From IMG/VR virus record IMGVR_UViG_3300027887_000031, positions 1 to 35,981 of that record: 35,981 bases of DNA. One strand, 5' to 3'. The stretch is from a virus. Its lineage: Duplodnaviria; Caudoviricetes. Below the pieces are notes generated by a model that ran no database searches, was not told where the DNA came from, and saw nothing but the letters and a program-made list of their open reading frames with translations. Positions 1 through 8,930 of the stretch are shown here, one piece after another (the stretch's first letter is position 1; each line of letters begins with the position of its first letter). Made by a program: the position numbers and the translations under genes.

Positions 1-776
1 GTGTTAGACACAACCACGACATACTCTCCAACTCCAGCTACATCATCCGCGTTCTCTGTTGTGAGCAACGTGTCAACGTCGTGCGCTCTCCATGTTGCTC
101 CACCATCAAGCGAGAACAACACATCAGGCGACGTTCCAGGGCTTCCACCAGCCGCGTCAGTCACGGCAAATATCTTCTGGCAACCATTTGATTCGGTTGC
201 GCAAGATCCGCACGAAGCGGTATCGATAACGGCAATTGCATTAACGTGATTGATTATGATATCTCCGGCTCTCGCTGTGAAAGAGAGAGGAAGAATTTCA
301 TAGTAATCTTTTGCTGAAATATCTGCGGTTTCGTTAACAACCGCGTTCTCGCCGGACTCCAAAGCACCAAGGTCTTCTGTCGAATGATTGGTAATTACCG
401 AATCTTCCGAGATAATAGCTTTGGTGAATACGTTGAAGTTAGACGGATCGGTGCATTCTCCCATATGTACCTGAACATCAACAGGGCAACCATTCCGAGC
501 AAGTTCGAGCATTCTGCTTTTTACAGCAACAGCGAATCTTCCCATAAGGGTAAATGTCGCTCTCTCAACTGCACCGCGAATTCTATCAACCTCCATGTAC
601 TTCCCATACTCATTCGGATCAGGAATTTCAATCTTTGTAATATCACCAAAGGATTGTGCAATCCCGCCCATCTTTAAGTTCGAGTAATACTCAGGCCGAT
701 GATCGCCTCTAGCGCGTCCAGCTATAATAAACACACGAGTAAAACCAGTCTGTAATGGTTTATTTGATGCTGTCAT
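1..776 (-). CDS. Virion structural protein, probable tail tube/major tail protein with a C-terminal Asp-box (BNR) beta-propeller; runs off the window edge
   Basis: Absent from the ORF track; translated by hand from ATG at 776 (GAGGAG upstream): MTASNKPLQTGFTRVFIIAGRARG...VVFSLDGGATW..., open to base 1. SxDGGxTW is an Asp-box. The tail-tube call rests on position only. Confidence 0.6.
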   Translation of the reverse strand, partial: MTASNKPLQTGFTRVFIIAGRARGDHRPEYYSNLKMGGIAQSFGDITKIEIPDPNEYGKYMEVDRIRGAVERATFTLMGRFAVAVKSRMLELARNGCPVDVQVHMGECTDPSNFNVFTKAIISEDSVITNHSTEDLGALESGENAVVNETADISAKDYYEILPLSFTARAGDIIINHVNAIAVIDTASCGSCATESNGCQKIFAVTDAAGGSPGTSPDVLFSLDGGATWRAHDVDTLLTTENADDVAGVGEYVVVVSN

Positions 777-1059
777 TTTTATTAGACTCCTCTAGTTTAT
801 ACGCTTCGACAATTTTCCTTCTCAAGATATTTATGAGCGCACTCGACACCCCGTTTGGCTCTTTCATTAAATCCTGATAGGTAATCAAACCTTGCGAAAC
901 AAGCTCATTTCTCAAATCCACTCCGGCTTCACACAAGATCCTCTCGATGGGCGGCGGCTCCAGTGGGATACCAATTTGCGGCATAGATTCATTATCATTA
1001 TCTCGCAATAAAGAACAACGGAATACTCCATTGTTATCTTTCCAAACAACTCTTTTCAT
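760..1059 (-). CDS. Hypothetical protein (99 aa), head-tail region
   Basis: ORF coupled to the upstream stop (TAATG overlap) and overlapping the downstream start. Confidence 0.75.
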   Translation of the reverse strand: MKRVVWKDNNGVFRCSLLRDNDNESMPQIGIPLEPPPIERILCEAGVDLRNELVSQGLITYQDLMKEPNGVSSALINILRRKIVEAYKLEESNKNDSIK

Positions 1060-2303
1060 TATACGGTTGCTCCAGAACTGCTGTTCGACGTTTTATATCT
1101 GCTCATAAGTTGCCAAGCTTTATACTCGCCAACTTTAGATCCAAACGGATTGCTGTCAACTCCACGCCTAAGCCCCTTGAAGGTTCCCTGTCCTGATACC
1201 AAGTAATCATCTCTTAACTCTGTAGCAAGTGATGTTGCATTATTATTCGCATAAAAAACTCTTTCGAGTCTCGCGGTAGCCATATATGCTATCGCTCTTG
1301 CAAAATCATTTGGCATATAGTCGTCAAATGAATAGCTTGAACCAAAGTGTTGTCTCATACCTGAATAATACCACAAATCAACATAATCAGGGACTATGCA
1401 TTGCGCATATACACGAACCCATGACTGAGTTGCAAGATCATAATCTCCCTGAACGGGGCAAACATAATCCTGATCCTTAGAATATACAAATCCGTTCTGC
1501 CAGTAAGGATATCCATCGCTTACATCATTTGTTATGAATACCGCATGTGGTTGAGTTGTGTCTGTATATTCTCTATATATATCTACAGTACCAACAAAAT
1601 TTGTATCGTCGTAAAAGTCAATCGAGTTATTCGCATCAGACATCGGAAATACTTCATAGAGATCAGGCTCGACCATCTGCCAAGTATTATACTTAAACGC
1701 AATCACGCCAGCATTTAATGTTTTTGACTTTGGCTCACGTATTTCATAAGATGGATCTCCACCGTGACCGACAAAATAACACTTTACTTCAATTGGATCT
1801 TCAAGAGTTGCAATTGTTATTGTTGCAATTTCTTTCCATCCATCTCCATCGTCATCTGTATAATTTACAGCAACAGTTGGAGACAATATGCTTGCTGTTC
1901 TACGTCCACCGGATATGAAGTATCCATGCTTGATCTTTATTTCAAAGTCCAATCCAGATACATCATAAAGCAAATTATTTCCTCTATATTCTGGCCTCAG
2001 ATATTTTGGTGTATTATATCTCTCTTTCGCCGTCCACATTGGAACAGGTGAATATCCAAGATAATTAATAATCTCATTTTCGGCAACGCTTATATGTTCA
2101 GCAAGATCCTCTCTACTTATTTGATCATTCTGTTGCCACGAGTATTGATGCCAGATATTGTTTTGAGCATTATCAATTGGAAATAAAACGTTACCAGTTG
2201 GTAAGTTTATTTGATCTCCGCCGTTAAAGAATACGGGATTGATTCCCATAATCTTAGCATACCTGTCAAGGCTTAGTAATGTTCTTATGCTAGTTCTCGC
2301 CAT
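1059..2303 (-). CDS. Probable head-tail connector/adaptor protein (414 aa)
   Basis: Long ORF between capsid and tail genes; helical segments 'DLAEHISVAENEIINYLGY' and 'MPNDFARAIAYMATARL' are reminiscent of gp6/gp15-type adaptors (inference). Confidence 0.5.
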   Translation of the reverse strand: MARTSIRTLLSLDRYAKIMGINPVFFNGGDQINLPTGNVLFPIDNAQNNIWHQYSWQQNDQISREDLAEHISVAENEIINYLGYSPVPMWTAKERYNTPKYLRPEYRGNNLLYDVSGLDFEIKIKHGYFISGGRRTASILSPTVAVNYTDDDGDGWKEIATITIATLEDPIEVKCYFVGHGGDPSYEIREPKSKTLNAGVIAFKYNTWQMVEPDLYEVFPMSDANNSIDFYDDTNFVGTVDIYREYTDTTQPHAVFITNDVSDGYPYWQNGFVYSKDQDYVCPVQGDYDLATQSWVRVYAQCIVPDYVDLWYYSGMRQHFGSSYSFDDYMPNDFARAIAYMATARLERVFYANNNATSLATELRDDYLVSGQGTFKGLRRGVDSNPFGSKVGEYKAWQLMSRYKTSNSSSGATV

Positions 2304-2619
2304 TTATAATTCCTTCAACTATGATTACAATAGTTGAAACGCATAAGGCAAGATAGAACCATTCCAAAATATTTCTTGATGCTGGTATAACCATGATCAT
2401 AGAGAACCACATTGAGTTGCACCAGATACAAACTATCCCATCGTTGAGCGTTTCAAATATTCTTCTAAATGAATTATACAATGTTCTCGTATAAATATAT
2501 TTACGAATATTAGAAAACATCTTGAACGGGCCGTCCTCCCTGGCAAACAAGCTTGATAGTCGCCAAGTCGCCAGGGAGATAATAATCACTTTTAGAATAA
2601 ACTCAAACGTGTCACTCAT
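2290..2619 (-). CDS. DUF1360-like small membrane protein
   Basis: LATWRLSSLFAREDGPF...CIWCNSMW pattern with hydrophobic segments. Confidence 0.75.
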   Translation of the reverse strand: MSDTFEFILKVIIISLATWRLSSLFAREDGPFKMFSNIRKYIYTRTLYNSFRRIFETLNDGIVCIWCNSMWFSMIMVIPASRNILEWFYLALCVSTIVIIVEGIINGEN

Positions 2620-5563
2620 TCATTTCCTGAACAATCGACATAATGACTTTTGCTCTCACAACAGAAATACCGTCTATGTCCTTGAGTTCTTCTTCTGTCA
2701 AAGCCTTAAACTTTTCCTCATCATTAAATCCAGCCTCTGTAAGCTTCTTCGCTATCGAAGGAGTTATGCCAGGGACAAGATTGATATCAAAAACTTTTGG
2801 CTTAGGAGCGGCAATCGGTGTCGGTTCTGGAGTATTTTGAACTCCACCAACCGGAGCGATTAGATCATTCGCCAACCCACCGTTTACTCTATCGTTCACA
2901 ATAAACAGCATAGGCATAAGCTCTATGTCTTTTTTGTGAACAAGGAAGCTATCTCCACCTGATCGGTATCCGTATCTTATTCCCGTTGATGGGCCGATAA
3001 CAGAGTGATCACCTTTATTCGGGTGATTATAAACAGCAAGAACATAATCACCATCTCCACCGGATGCGTTTTGACTTGACATTAGTGCCTCTATTTGTGC
3101 CTGGGTTCTCTGCCCTCCGCACGTTGTACAGTTAGCCATTTTAATTCCTTTGTATTTCGTTTTCATATACGAAAGCAATGACTTCGCAGTATCGAGATTT
3201 GTATCTGGATTTGCGGCATTCCTTCTATTGCCAGTGTCGAAGCGATAAGCTACAAGCGGATCATCGATCTTCGAATAGCAATATCCATTATGACTCATTC
3301 TCCAATGATAGTCAACATCCTCCCAACTTTTCATTGTCTCGTCGAACCCACCAATCGCTTTATGATATTCTCTTGGGATCAAGCACGAGACAATGCACCA
3401 ATGATAGAGAGGATCGTTCGGCTGTTCCTGCGCTCTCTTGCAATCGTATTCTTCTGCCCTATGTAGAATTTTCGCTTTATGATTCTTTGGATTATAATCG
3501 ACGAGCCTGTCACCAAGTTTATTGAGATAATCCTCATCCTCAATCGTTGCAATTCCATAGTAATTTGAGTAAACAATAGACTTTGATATATTCCATTGAG
3601 ATAGCATAATCTCGAGCGCATTCGGAGCGATCCAATCATCGGCATCTAAGAAGAATAAAAATCTTCCTCTGGCTATAAGCTCTCCCATATTTCTAGCAAC
3701 GCCAGGGCCGCTCTTTGGCTTACGAGTTTCTATGTATCTTACAAATGGATATGGAGTTATATCAATTGGAGTTCCAGAATCATTGACAAGAATAAGTTCC
3801 CATCGTTTAAGAGTTTGTCCCTCTACACTATCGATTGCCTCAAATATTTTATCTTCATGTCCAGGCCCAACAGGAATAATAACACTAACAACAGGATGAT
3901 CGTACTGATATACGTTATGAGATTGTCCCATTCTCGGTGATGCATAACTAGCGAATGGGTGAAGGCCAGTTTGTATATATCCATTCCATCCCAACCAATC
4001 CACTTCTCTGTAAGTCTTATCTCCGCTTACATTTCCCTGTCCTACTGAATATATAAACAAAGCGTCTTTTGTAACGCGCCTTGCTTTCATCCCAAGAGAT
4101 CCTGCGCGTGTCCACAAATCAGCATCTTCGGATCCAGCGCCGTTCGGAGCATATCTCTGCCTGAACCCACCAGTACGCTCGATAACTTCTCTGCGCATAA
4201 CATTGCAAGTAGGAACTTGATTTTTACGCTTTAGTTGCTCATCAAAATGCCAATCAGCGGGCCAAGCCGAAACTCCAGTGTTGCCATCTTTGTCAATCCA
4301 CTTGAGGGAAGTGTATGCAATATATAAAGATGGATCTCCCTCAAGATCGCTTACGCATACTCTGAGGAAATCCTTATCTATCGCATCATCGGGATCGAGA
4401 AAGCAAAGGTACTTTCCCGATGATCGCTTTGCGCCAAGATTGCGCGCTGTTGCAACTCCACCATTATCTTTGCGTATATATTTAGCATTAAATCTTTCAC
4501 ACGCTTCTTTTGTTAGCTCGGCGTGTTCCTGAGTCGATCCATCGTCCACCACAATAACTTCACTCGCCGGAAGTGTTTGAGAATACACGCTTGTTAATGC
4601 TCTATCAATTTTATCTCCATAATTATAAGTTGGAATAATAACTGATACGGAGACTTTTCTTTCTCTTTTCTCAAGCGCATATTCAAATACGGATCTTAGT
4701 TTGCGTATAGAGTTTTGCCAACTCCATTGCTCACTTGTGAGTTTTGCATTGTCATGTAATGTTTTTCTATATTTAAATATATACCGCAACCCATTTAATA
4801 GATCATCGTAATTTCCAGGTTCAGCCAAGTACCCATTAATACCATGACTAATAATGTCAACATTTCCGCCACTACGCCAACCAAGCACAGGAACACCAGA
4901 AGCAAGAGCCTCCAAAACACCGATGCCAAAAGTTTCTTTAGTGACCGATAAATATACAGCACTTTTCTGGACTGCATTCTTCATTTCTCCATGTGGCAAT
5001 ACGCCAGTTACAATAACGTTGCTTGGTCTTGACTTTGAAAACGTGGATATAAAAGTAATATCTCCAGCCATCTCCGCAATCCTATCGACCTGTGACGAAT
5101 CGCATACATCAAATCCATCTCTATTTTTATTATAAAGAACATAACCATTATCTTGATAGTCATGATCCCATTCCTTATAATCAATTCCATGAGGAACAAC
5201 AAAAGGATTAATATGCATATCTCGTTGTATAATCTCTGCGACCCATGACGAAGGAACAGTAATTGCTTTCGCAGACCTTACGGAGTCGACTATTCGATTA
5301 TTAATAATATACTCATGGTTTGATGCTTTGTAATCTCCGGTAAAGTACAATCCATGCAGTATGGATACATCGCACTCGGATCCGGTTATGCCAGCATGAG
5401 ACGCTACTAGATCGTACTCATCATAATCGCCAACAAACTTAATGCCAACGGTGGGTGCGTACTTGTAGTAATTTTCTATTACTCTTGATATTCCATTTGG
5501 TTCACCAGAGGATTCTATCCCTGGTATCATCAGGACTTTAATTTCTTTCTTCGAGTTCGACAT
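2612..5563 (-). CDS. Multidomain glycosyltransferase: GT4 (GT-B) + GT2 + GT2 + C-terminal CxxC/helix-hairpin-helix region
   Basis: GT4 motif ETFGIGVLEALASGVPV. GT2 motifs VSVIIPTYN...VVDDGS...FLDPDD and VSVIIPVG...LVNDSG...FLDADD. HhH-like VPGITPSIAKKL and IDGISVVRA. Start set at ATG 5563 (GGGA upstream); the ORF is open from 5608. Confidence 0.92.
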   Translation of the reverse strand: MSNSKKEIKVLMIPGIESSGEPNGISRVIENYYKYAPTVGIKFVGDYDEYDLVASHAGITGSECDVSILHGLYFTGDYKASNHEYIINNRIVDSVRSAKAITVPSSWVAEIIQRDMHINPFVVPHGIDYKEWDHDYQDNGYVLYNKNRDGFDVCDSSQVDRIAEMAGDITFISTFSKSRPSNVIVTGVLPHGEMKNAVQKSAVYLSVTKETFGIGVLEALASGVPVLGWRSGGNVDIISHGINGYLAEPGNYDDLLNGLRYIFKYRKTLHDNAKLTSEQWSWQNSIRKLRSVFEYALEKRERKVSVSVIIPTYNYGDKIDRALTSVYSQTLPASEVIVVDDGSTQEHAELTKEACERFNAKYIRKDNGGVATARNLGAKRSSGKYLCFLDPDDAIDKDFLRVCVSDLEGDPSLYIAYTSLKWIDKDGNTGVSAWPADWHFDEQLKRKNQVPTCNVMRREVIERTGGFRQRYAPNGAGSEDADLWTRAGSLGMKARRVTKDALFIYSVGQGNVSGDKTYREVDWLGWNGYIQTGLHPFASYASPRMGQSHNVYQYDHPVVSVIIPVGPGHEDKIFEAIDSVEGQTLKRWELILVNDSGTPIDITPYPFVRYIETRKPKSGPGVARNMGELIARGRFLFFLDADDWIAPNALEIMLSQWNISKSIVYSNYYGIATIEDEDYLNKLGDRLVDYNPKNHKAKILHRAEEYDCKRAQEQPNDPLYHWCIVSCLIPREYHKAIGGFDETMKSWEDVDYHWRMSHNGYCYSKIDDPLVAYRFDTGNRRNAANPDTNLDTAKSLLSYMKTKYKGIKMANCTTCGGQRTQAQIEALMSSQNASGGDGDYVLAVYNHPNKGDHSVIGPSTGIRYGYRSGGDSFLVHKKDIELMPMLFIVNDRVNGGLANDLIAPVGGVQNTPEPTPIAAPKPKVFDINLVPGITPSIAKKLTEAGFNDEEKFKALTEEELKDIDGISVVRAKVIMSIVQEMNE

Positions 5564-5870
5564 ATTTCCCAATCTTCTCCAGATAATCGTAAGCGGCCCA
5601 TCTTGCATAACTTTCAGAGAACCTCATTATTTTAATTCTCGCATCTGGAAAGTCCTCATCATTAATCATAAACTCAGGAACACAATAAGTTATGTCACAA
5701 AAGTACATTCGTATAACTATTGTGAGCCTATCAACCTCAACGCTTTTGAGAACATCTTCTTGACACCCGTATCTTCGGAGTATTGCTTCGGATATCATTA
5801 TCATTCGCTCCGAAAGCGAATCAGCATATTCTTTTACAGTTGGCTTCGTCTTATCAACACTATTAAACAT
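5538..5870 (-). CDS. Hypothetical protein (110 aa)
   Basis: ORF fills the gap and overlaps both neighbours in the operon. Confidence 0.65.
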   Translation of the reverse strand: MFNSVDKTKPTVKEYADSLSERMIMISEAILRRYGCQEDVLKSVEVDRLTIVIRMYFCDITYCVPEFMINDEDFPDARIKIMRFSESYARWAAYDYLEKIGKYVELEERN

Positions 5871-6594
5871 TATTGTTTTTTAATTCTTCTGGCAACCATA
5901 CGCTAATCGCCTTGAAGTCTTCATCCTTGAGTTTCGGAATTTCGTTCCAATCAAGCTTCCCCTTGAGAAGTCCATTCGAGTATCTGATTGGACTTTGCCT
6001 AGTACCGAGAACGCGCATCTTACTTCCATGCTTGTTTACTATCGTGGTTCCCTCAAGTTCTACTTCCCATGCCGATCTATGGTTTTCGTCAAGAGATTTT
6101 ATTACAGAAAGATATTTTTCTCTATCCATAAGACATGCTTGATGAGACATCTGATACGGACTCCCTGGAGCCTCAATGATATCAATTCTACCAAGATAAT
6201 CTACATCTCGCATTCCGCCAGCATAAAGCCTATCCGTCGTGAGATCGATCCTCAAAATGTTTTCATCTCTATTCATGTAGTCATCCAACATATAAATAGC
6301 TTCTTTGTCTGGAGGGCGCACCATCCAATAATCTTCATGCATAAGAATAAACCGTTTTTCAGAATACTCATCTAAGAATTTTATTGCGGCATCAACCCAC
6401 TTCGTTGCTGGATACTCATCAACAGAAACAGAATAGAAGTAAAAATTTCTAGGCAATGCAAACTTTGGCTCATTAAACCCAACGATAATAACGGTATCGT
6501 CGGTTCCCCAATACTTATTAAATAACCAAGCAAAAGGTTGAACGGCCCACAAATGCTTATCGCAAGTAAATACAACAACATCCTGTTTCATCAC
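5863..6594 (-). CDS. Putative GT-A-fold glycosyltransferase-like protein (243 aa)
   Basis: N-terminal strand VVVFTCD, DxD-like FILMHEDYW, later AWEVE motif; family call is tentative. Confidence 0.5.
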   Translation of the reverse strand: MMKQDVVVFTCDKHLWAVQPFAWLFNKYWGTDDTVIIVGFNEPKFALPRNFYFYSVSVDEYPATKWVDAAIKFLDEYSEKRFILMHEDYWMVRPPDKEAIYMLDDYMNRDENILRIDLTTDRLYAGGMRDVDYLGRIDIIEAPGSPYQMSHQACLMDREKYLSVIKSLDENHRSAWEVELEGTTIVNKHGSKMRVLGTRQSPIRYSNGLLKGKLDWNEIPKLKDEDFKAISVWLPEELKNNNV

Positions 6595-7862
6595 TCTAAC
6601 TCCGGCTTTAATCCAGCATCACTAAATCTCTGCAAGGATACAGCTACCCAGGTTGGATCATTCTCCATAGCATAACAAATCCTACCATATTGCTCTGCGG
6701 CTATAATCTGAGTTCCAGATCCAGAGAAAGGATCAAGACATATATCTCCAGCGTCCGTATGATTTTTCATTGGAATGCTGTAAAGCTCAACAGGCTTCTG
6801 CATTGGATGTAAGTATTCGGACAAGTTTATCTTATCGATTGACCATACCGAAAATTGGTTCCTTCCACCATTCCAGATATGCCTCTGGCCTTCAAGATAT
6901 CCATACCAGCAGTTCTCATGCATCCACTGATAATCAGATTGACCCATCGAAGGTCTGTTCTTGGCCCACACAATTTGAGACTGAATATGGATACCAGCAT
7001 TCTTCATAGCATGAAACATAGCAAAAGATTCCTCCATCGCGGCTGTCCATATATAAAACGAAGACCTTGGATCCATTTTCTTTATCCAGATATTCAACAC
7101 ATATCCGAGCCAAACCCGAAGATCGTCACCGGATACGGTATCTCCTTTTATTCCAGCCCATTCTTTTGCAACTGGATTACACTTCGTTTTTGAGAAATCT
7201 ATTCCATACGGAGGATCAGTCACCATGAGAACAGACTTTGTACCGTCTATGAGTTCGTGTACAATAGCTTCGTCATCGCTACTTCCGCAAACAAGTTTAT
7301 GAACTCCACCATTTCTGCTTGTTATGTTCCAAACCTGTCCGTCCTCAACTCCCCACTTGTCCTTAACTTCATTAAGTTCTTCTTCTTCAAGCAGTCGCTT
7401 TTCTTCGCGCTTCTGTTTGTGGTTATCCTCAACTCCTTCTGGAGTAAATTCAAGCCTGTTCCTTTTTGCGACGCGAGATACCAGATCGGATACACGGTCA
7501 TTCTTATTATTGAGCGTTTCAAGAAGTTTCTGTAATCTTCCCTTATCCTCTTTCGCGAAGCTCGTGATAGGATCGAACGTCGCAAGTATTTTGTTTTCTT
7601 CTTCCTTGGTAAGATTGACATAAACAACTGGTATCTCTTTTTCACCATTCGCAATTGCTTCCTCAACTCGCATCTGTCCATCAACAAGATTTCCGGTTGT
7701 TGTATTTATGACTATAGGAGCAACCCAACCAATATCATCGAGAACACCGTCGATCAACTTTCGTTGAAGTTCAGGATGTTCTCGATAATTATTTTCGTTA
7801 TACTTTACTTTCTTTGGATCTAAGTTATCGTACTTAACTATTCTGTTTTGCCAGTTAGACAT
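6591..7862 (-). CDS. ParB-like N-terminal domain fused to an N4-C/N6-A DNA methyltransferase (beta class)
   Basis: ParB-like GWVAPIVIN...LVDGQMR; catalytic TDPPYG precedes SAM-binding LDPFSGSGT; HPMQKP motif. Confidence 0.92.
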   Translation of the reverse strand: MSNWQNRIVKYDNLDPKKVKYNENNYREHPELQRKLIDGVLDDIGWVAPIVINTTTGNLVDGQMRVEEAIANGEKEIPVVYVNLTKEEENKILATFDPITSFAKEDKGRLQKLLETLNNKNDRVSDLVSRVAKRNRLEFTPEGVEDNHKQKREEKRLLEEEELNEVKDKWGVEDGQVWNITSRNGGVHKLVCGSSDDEAIVHELIDGTKSVLMVTDPPYGIDFSKTKCNPVAKEWAGIKGDTVSGDDLRVWLGYVLNIWIKKMDPRSSFYIWTAAMEESFAMFHAMKNAGIHIQSQIVWAKNRPSMGQSDYQWMHENCWYGYLEGQRHIWNGGRNQFSVWSIDKINLSEYLHPMQKPVELYSIPMKNHTDAGDICLDPFSGSGTQIIAAEQYGRICYAMENDPTWVAVSLQRFSDAGLKPELE

Positions 7863-7866
7863 TACA

Positions 7867-8817
7867 CTAATTCCTCAAAATGTTTTTGCTTTTCTCTTTC
7901 GAGAGTTCTGTTTTCTTCTTTCTTGATAAAGCGCCACAGCTATTGCATCTCATTGATTCGTACTTATTCGCAGTTGTGTAATAATATCCATTGCTTGAAA
8001 GATCACCGGATCCGCAGTTCGGACACTCTTTGTAATCATTATCTGAATATAGGCCAAGATTAGGATGACCCTTGATGAACGCTCTAAGATTATAGTAAAG
8101 TTCCTCTACGGATAACACATCGCCCTCACAGTAATCAATCATATCGCGCAATGCTTTTATCTCACCATTCATGCAGTCTTTCCAAAGAGAAAATCCACTT
8201 GTTTCAATTTTCTGCTTAATTCCTAACTGTTTATTTATAAACGATAACTTATTACTTGCGAAAGCAAAATATTGCCGCGAAACAAGAAGCGTATCGATTA
8301 CATTGTTAGAAGATATCGGAGGAAGACCATGTTTCAGAAATCTTGTATTCATTTCTTTGATATCGAAGTCTTTGATATTATGACCGACGAGAATGTCTGC
8401 CGAGTTTAGTGTTTCCCATAAACTTTTTACAACTCTATAGTCATCGCCCATGATTGCTTCGTGTTCCGTAACAACATCTTTGAAAACAACAGAGTCATTT
8501 AATTCTTTAGCGGCCCAACAAATAATTGATTTCTCTCGTATTACTTTATCTGGACTTATGTTATTCCATATATCAAACGTGTAAGCAATCATCGGGCTTA
8601 CTTCGATATCAAAACAAATTATCTTCGCAGGAGTTGTCGGTTTCGATTTGCTGTAATCTTTTATCTCAACACGAGCTTTCTTCCGCGCTCTTTTGAATTG
8701 TGACCGTATAGCTTCTCCACTTACGTATCCAAACTTGTTTGCCAATTCCCCCCAAGACGAAAAGTTCCCTTGTCTCGTAAAATACAACATGCAGGTGTCG
8801 TACACCACTTTATCCAT
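7867..8817 (-). CDS. DEDD/DnaQ-like (RNase H fold) 3'-5' exonuclease with C-terminal zinc ribbon
   Basis: ExoI FDIE, ExoII GHNIKDFD, ExoIII YCEGDV; CPNC...CNSC; possible N-terminal HTH. Confidence 0.85.
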   Translation of the reverse strand: MDKVVYDTCMLYFTRQGNFSSWGELANKFGYVSGEAIRSQFKRARKKARVEIKDYSKSKPTTPAKIICFDIEVSPMIAYTFDIWNNISPDKVIREKSIICWAAKELNDSVVFKDVVTEHEAIMGDDYRVVKSLWETLNSADILVGHNIKDFDIKEMNTRFLKHGLPPISSNNVIDTLLVSRQYFAFASNKLSFINKQLGIKQKIETSGFSLWKDCMNGEIKALRDMIDYCEGDVLSVEELYYNLRAFIKGHPNLGLYSDNDYKECPNCGSGDLSSNGYYYTTANKYESMRCNSCGALSRKKKTELSKEKSKNILRN

Positions 8818-8839
8818 ACTATCTCCAAACTAAAATTTA

Positions 8840-8867
8840 ATCTTATATATTATACACTACTTGTCAA
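8840..8867 (-). promoter_or_regulatory. Sigma70-type promoter for the exonuclease/MTase/GT cassette
   Basis: Minus strand TTGACA-N16-TAAGAT, with an overlapping TTGTTG-N17-TATAAT, immediately after the capsid terminator. Confidence 0.65.
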
Positions 8868-8878
8868 TAGGCAACAAG

Positions 8879-8913
8879 AAAAAGAGGATGGAGAAATTCT
8901 CCATCCTCTTTTT
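8879..8913 (-). terminator. Rho-independent terminator after the major capsid gene (symmetric, possibly bidirectional)
   Basis: AAAAAGAGGATGGAGAA-a-TTCTCCATCCTCTTTTT perfect inverted repeat with A and T tracts. Confidence 0.9.
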
Positions 8914-8930
8914 GGTTCATACCACTAATC

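Noticed and set aside
1-677. Plus-strand ORFs 1..249 and 384..677
   Set aside because: They lie opposite the continuous minus-strand ORF starting at 776, which has an SD and fits the operon.
6591-8817. MTase plus nuclease as a restriction-modification system
   Set aside because: The nuclease is a DEDD exonuclease, not a PD-(D/E)xK or HNH endonuclease, and ParB-MTase fusions are common orphan phage genes.
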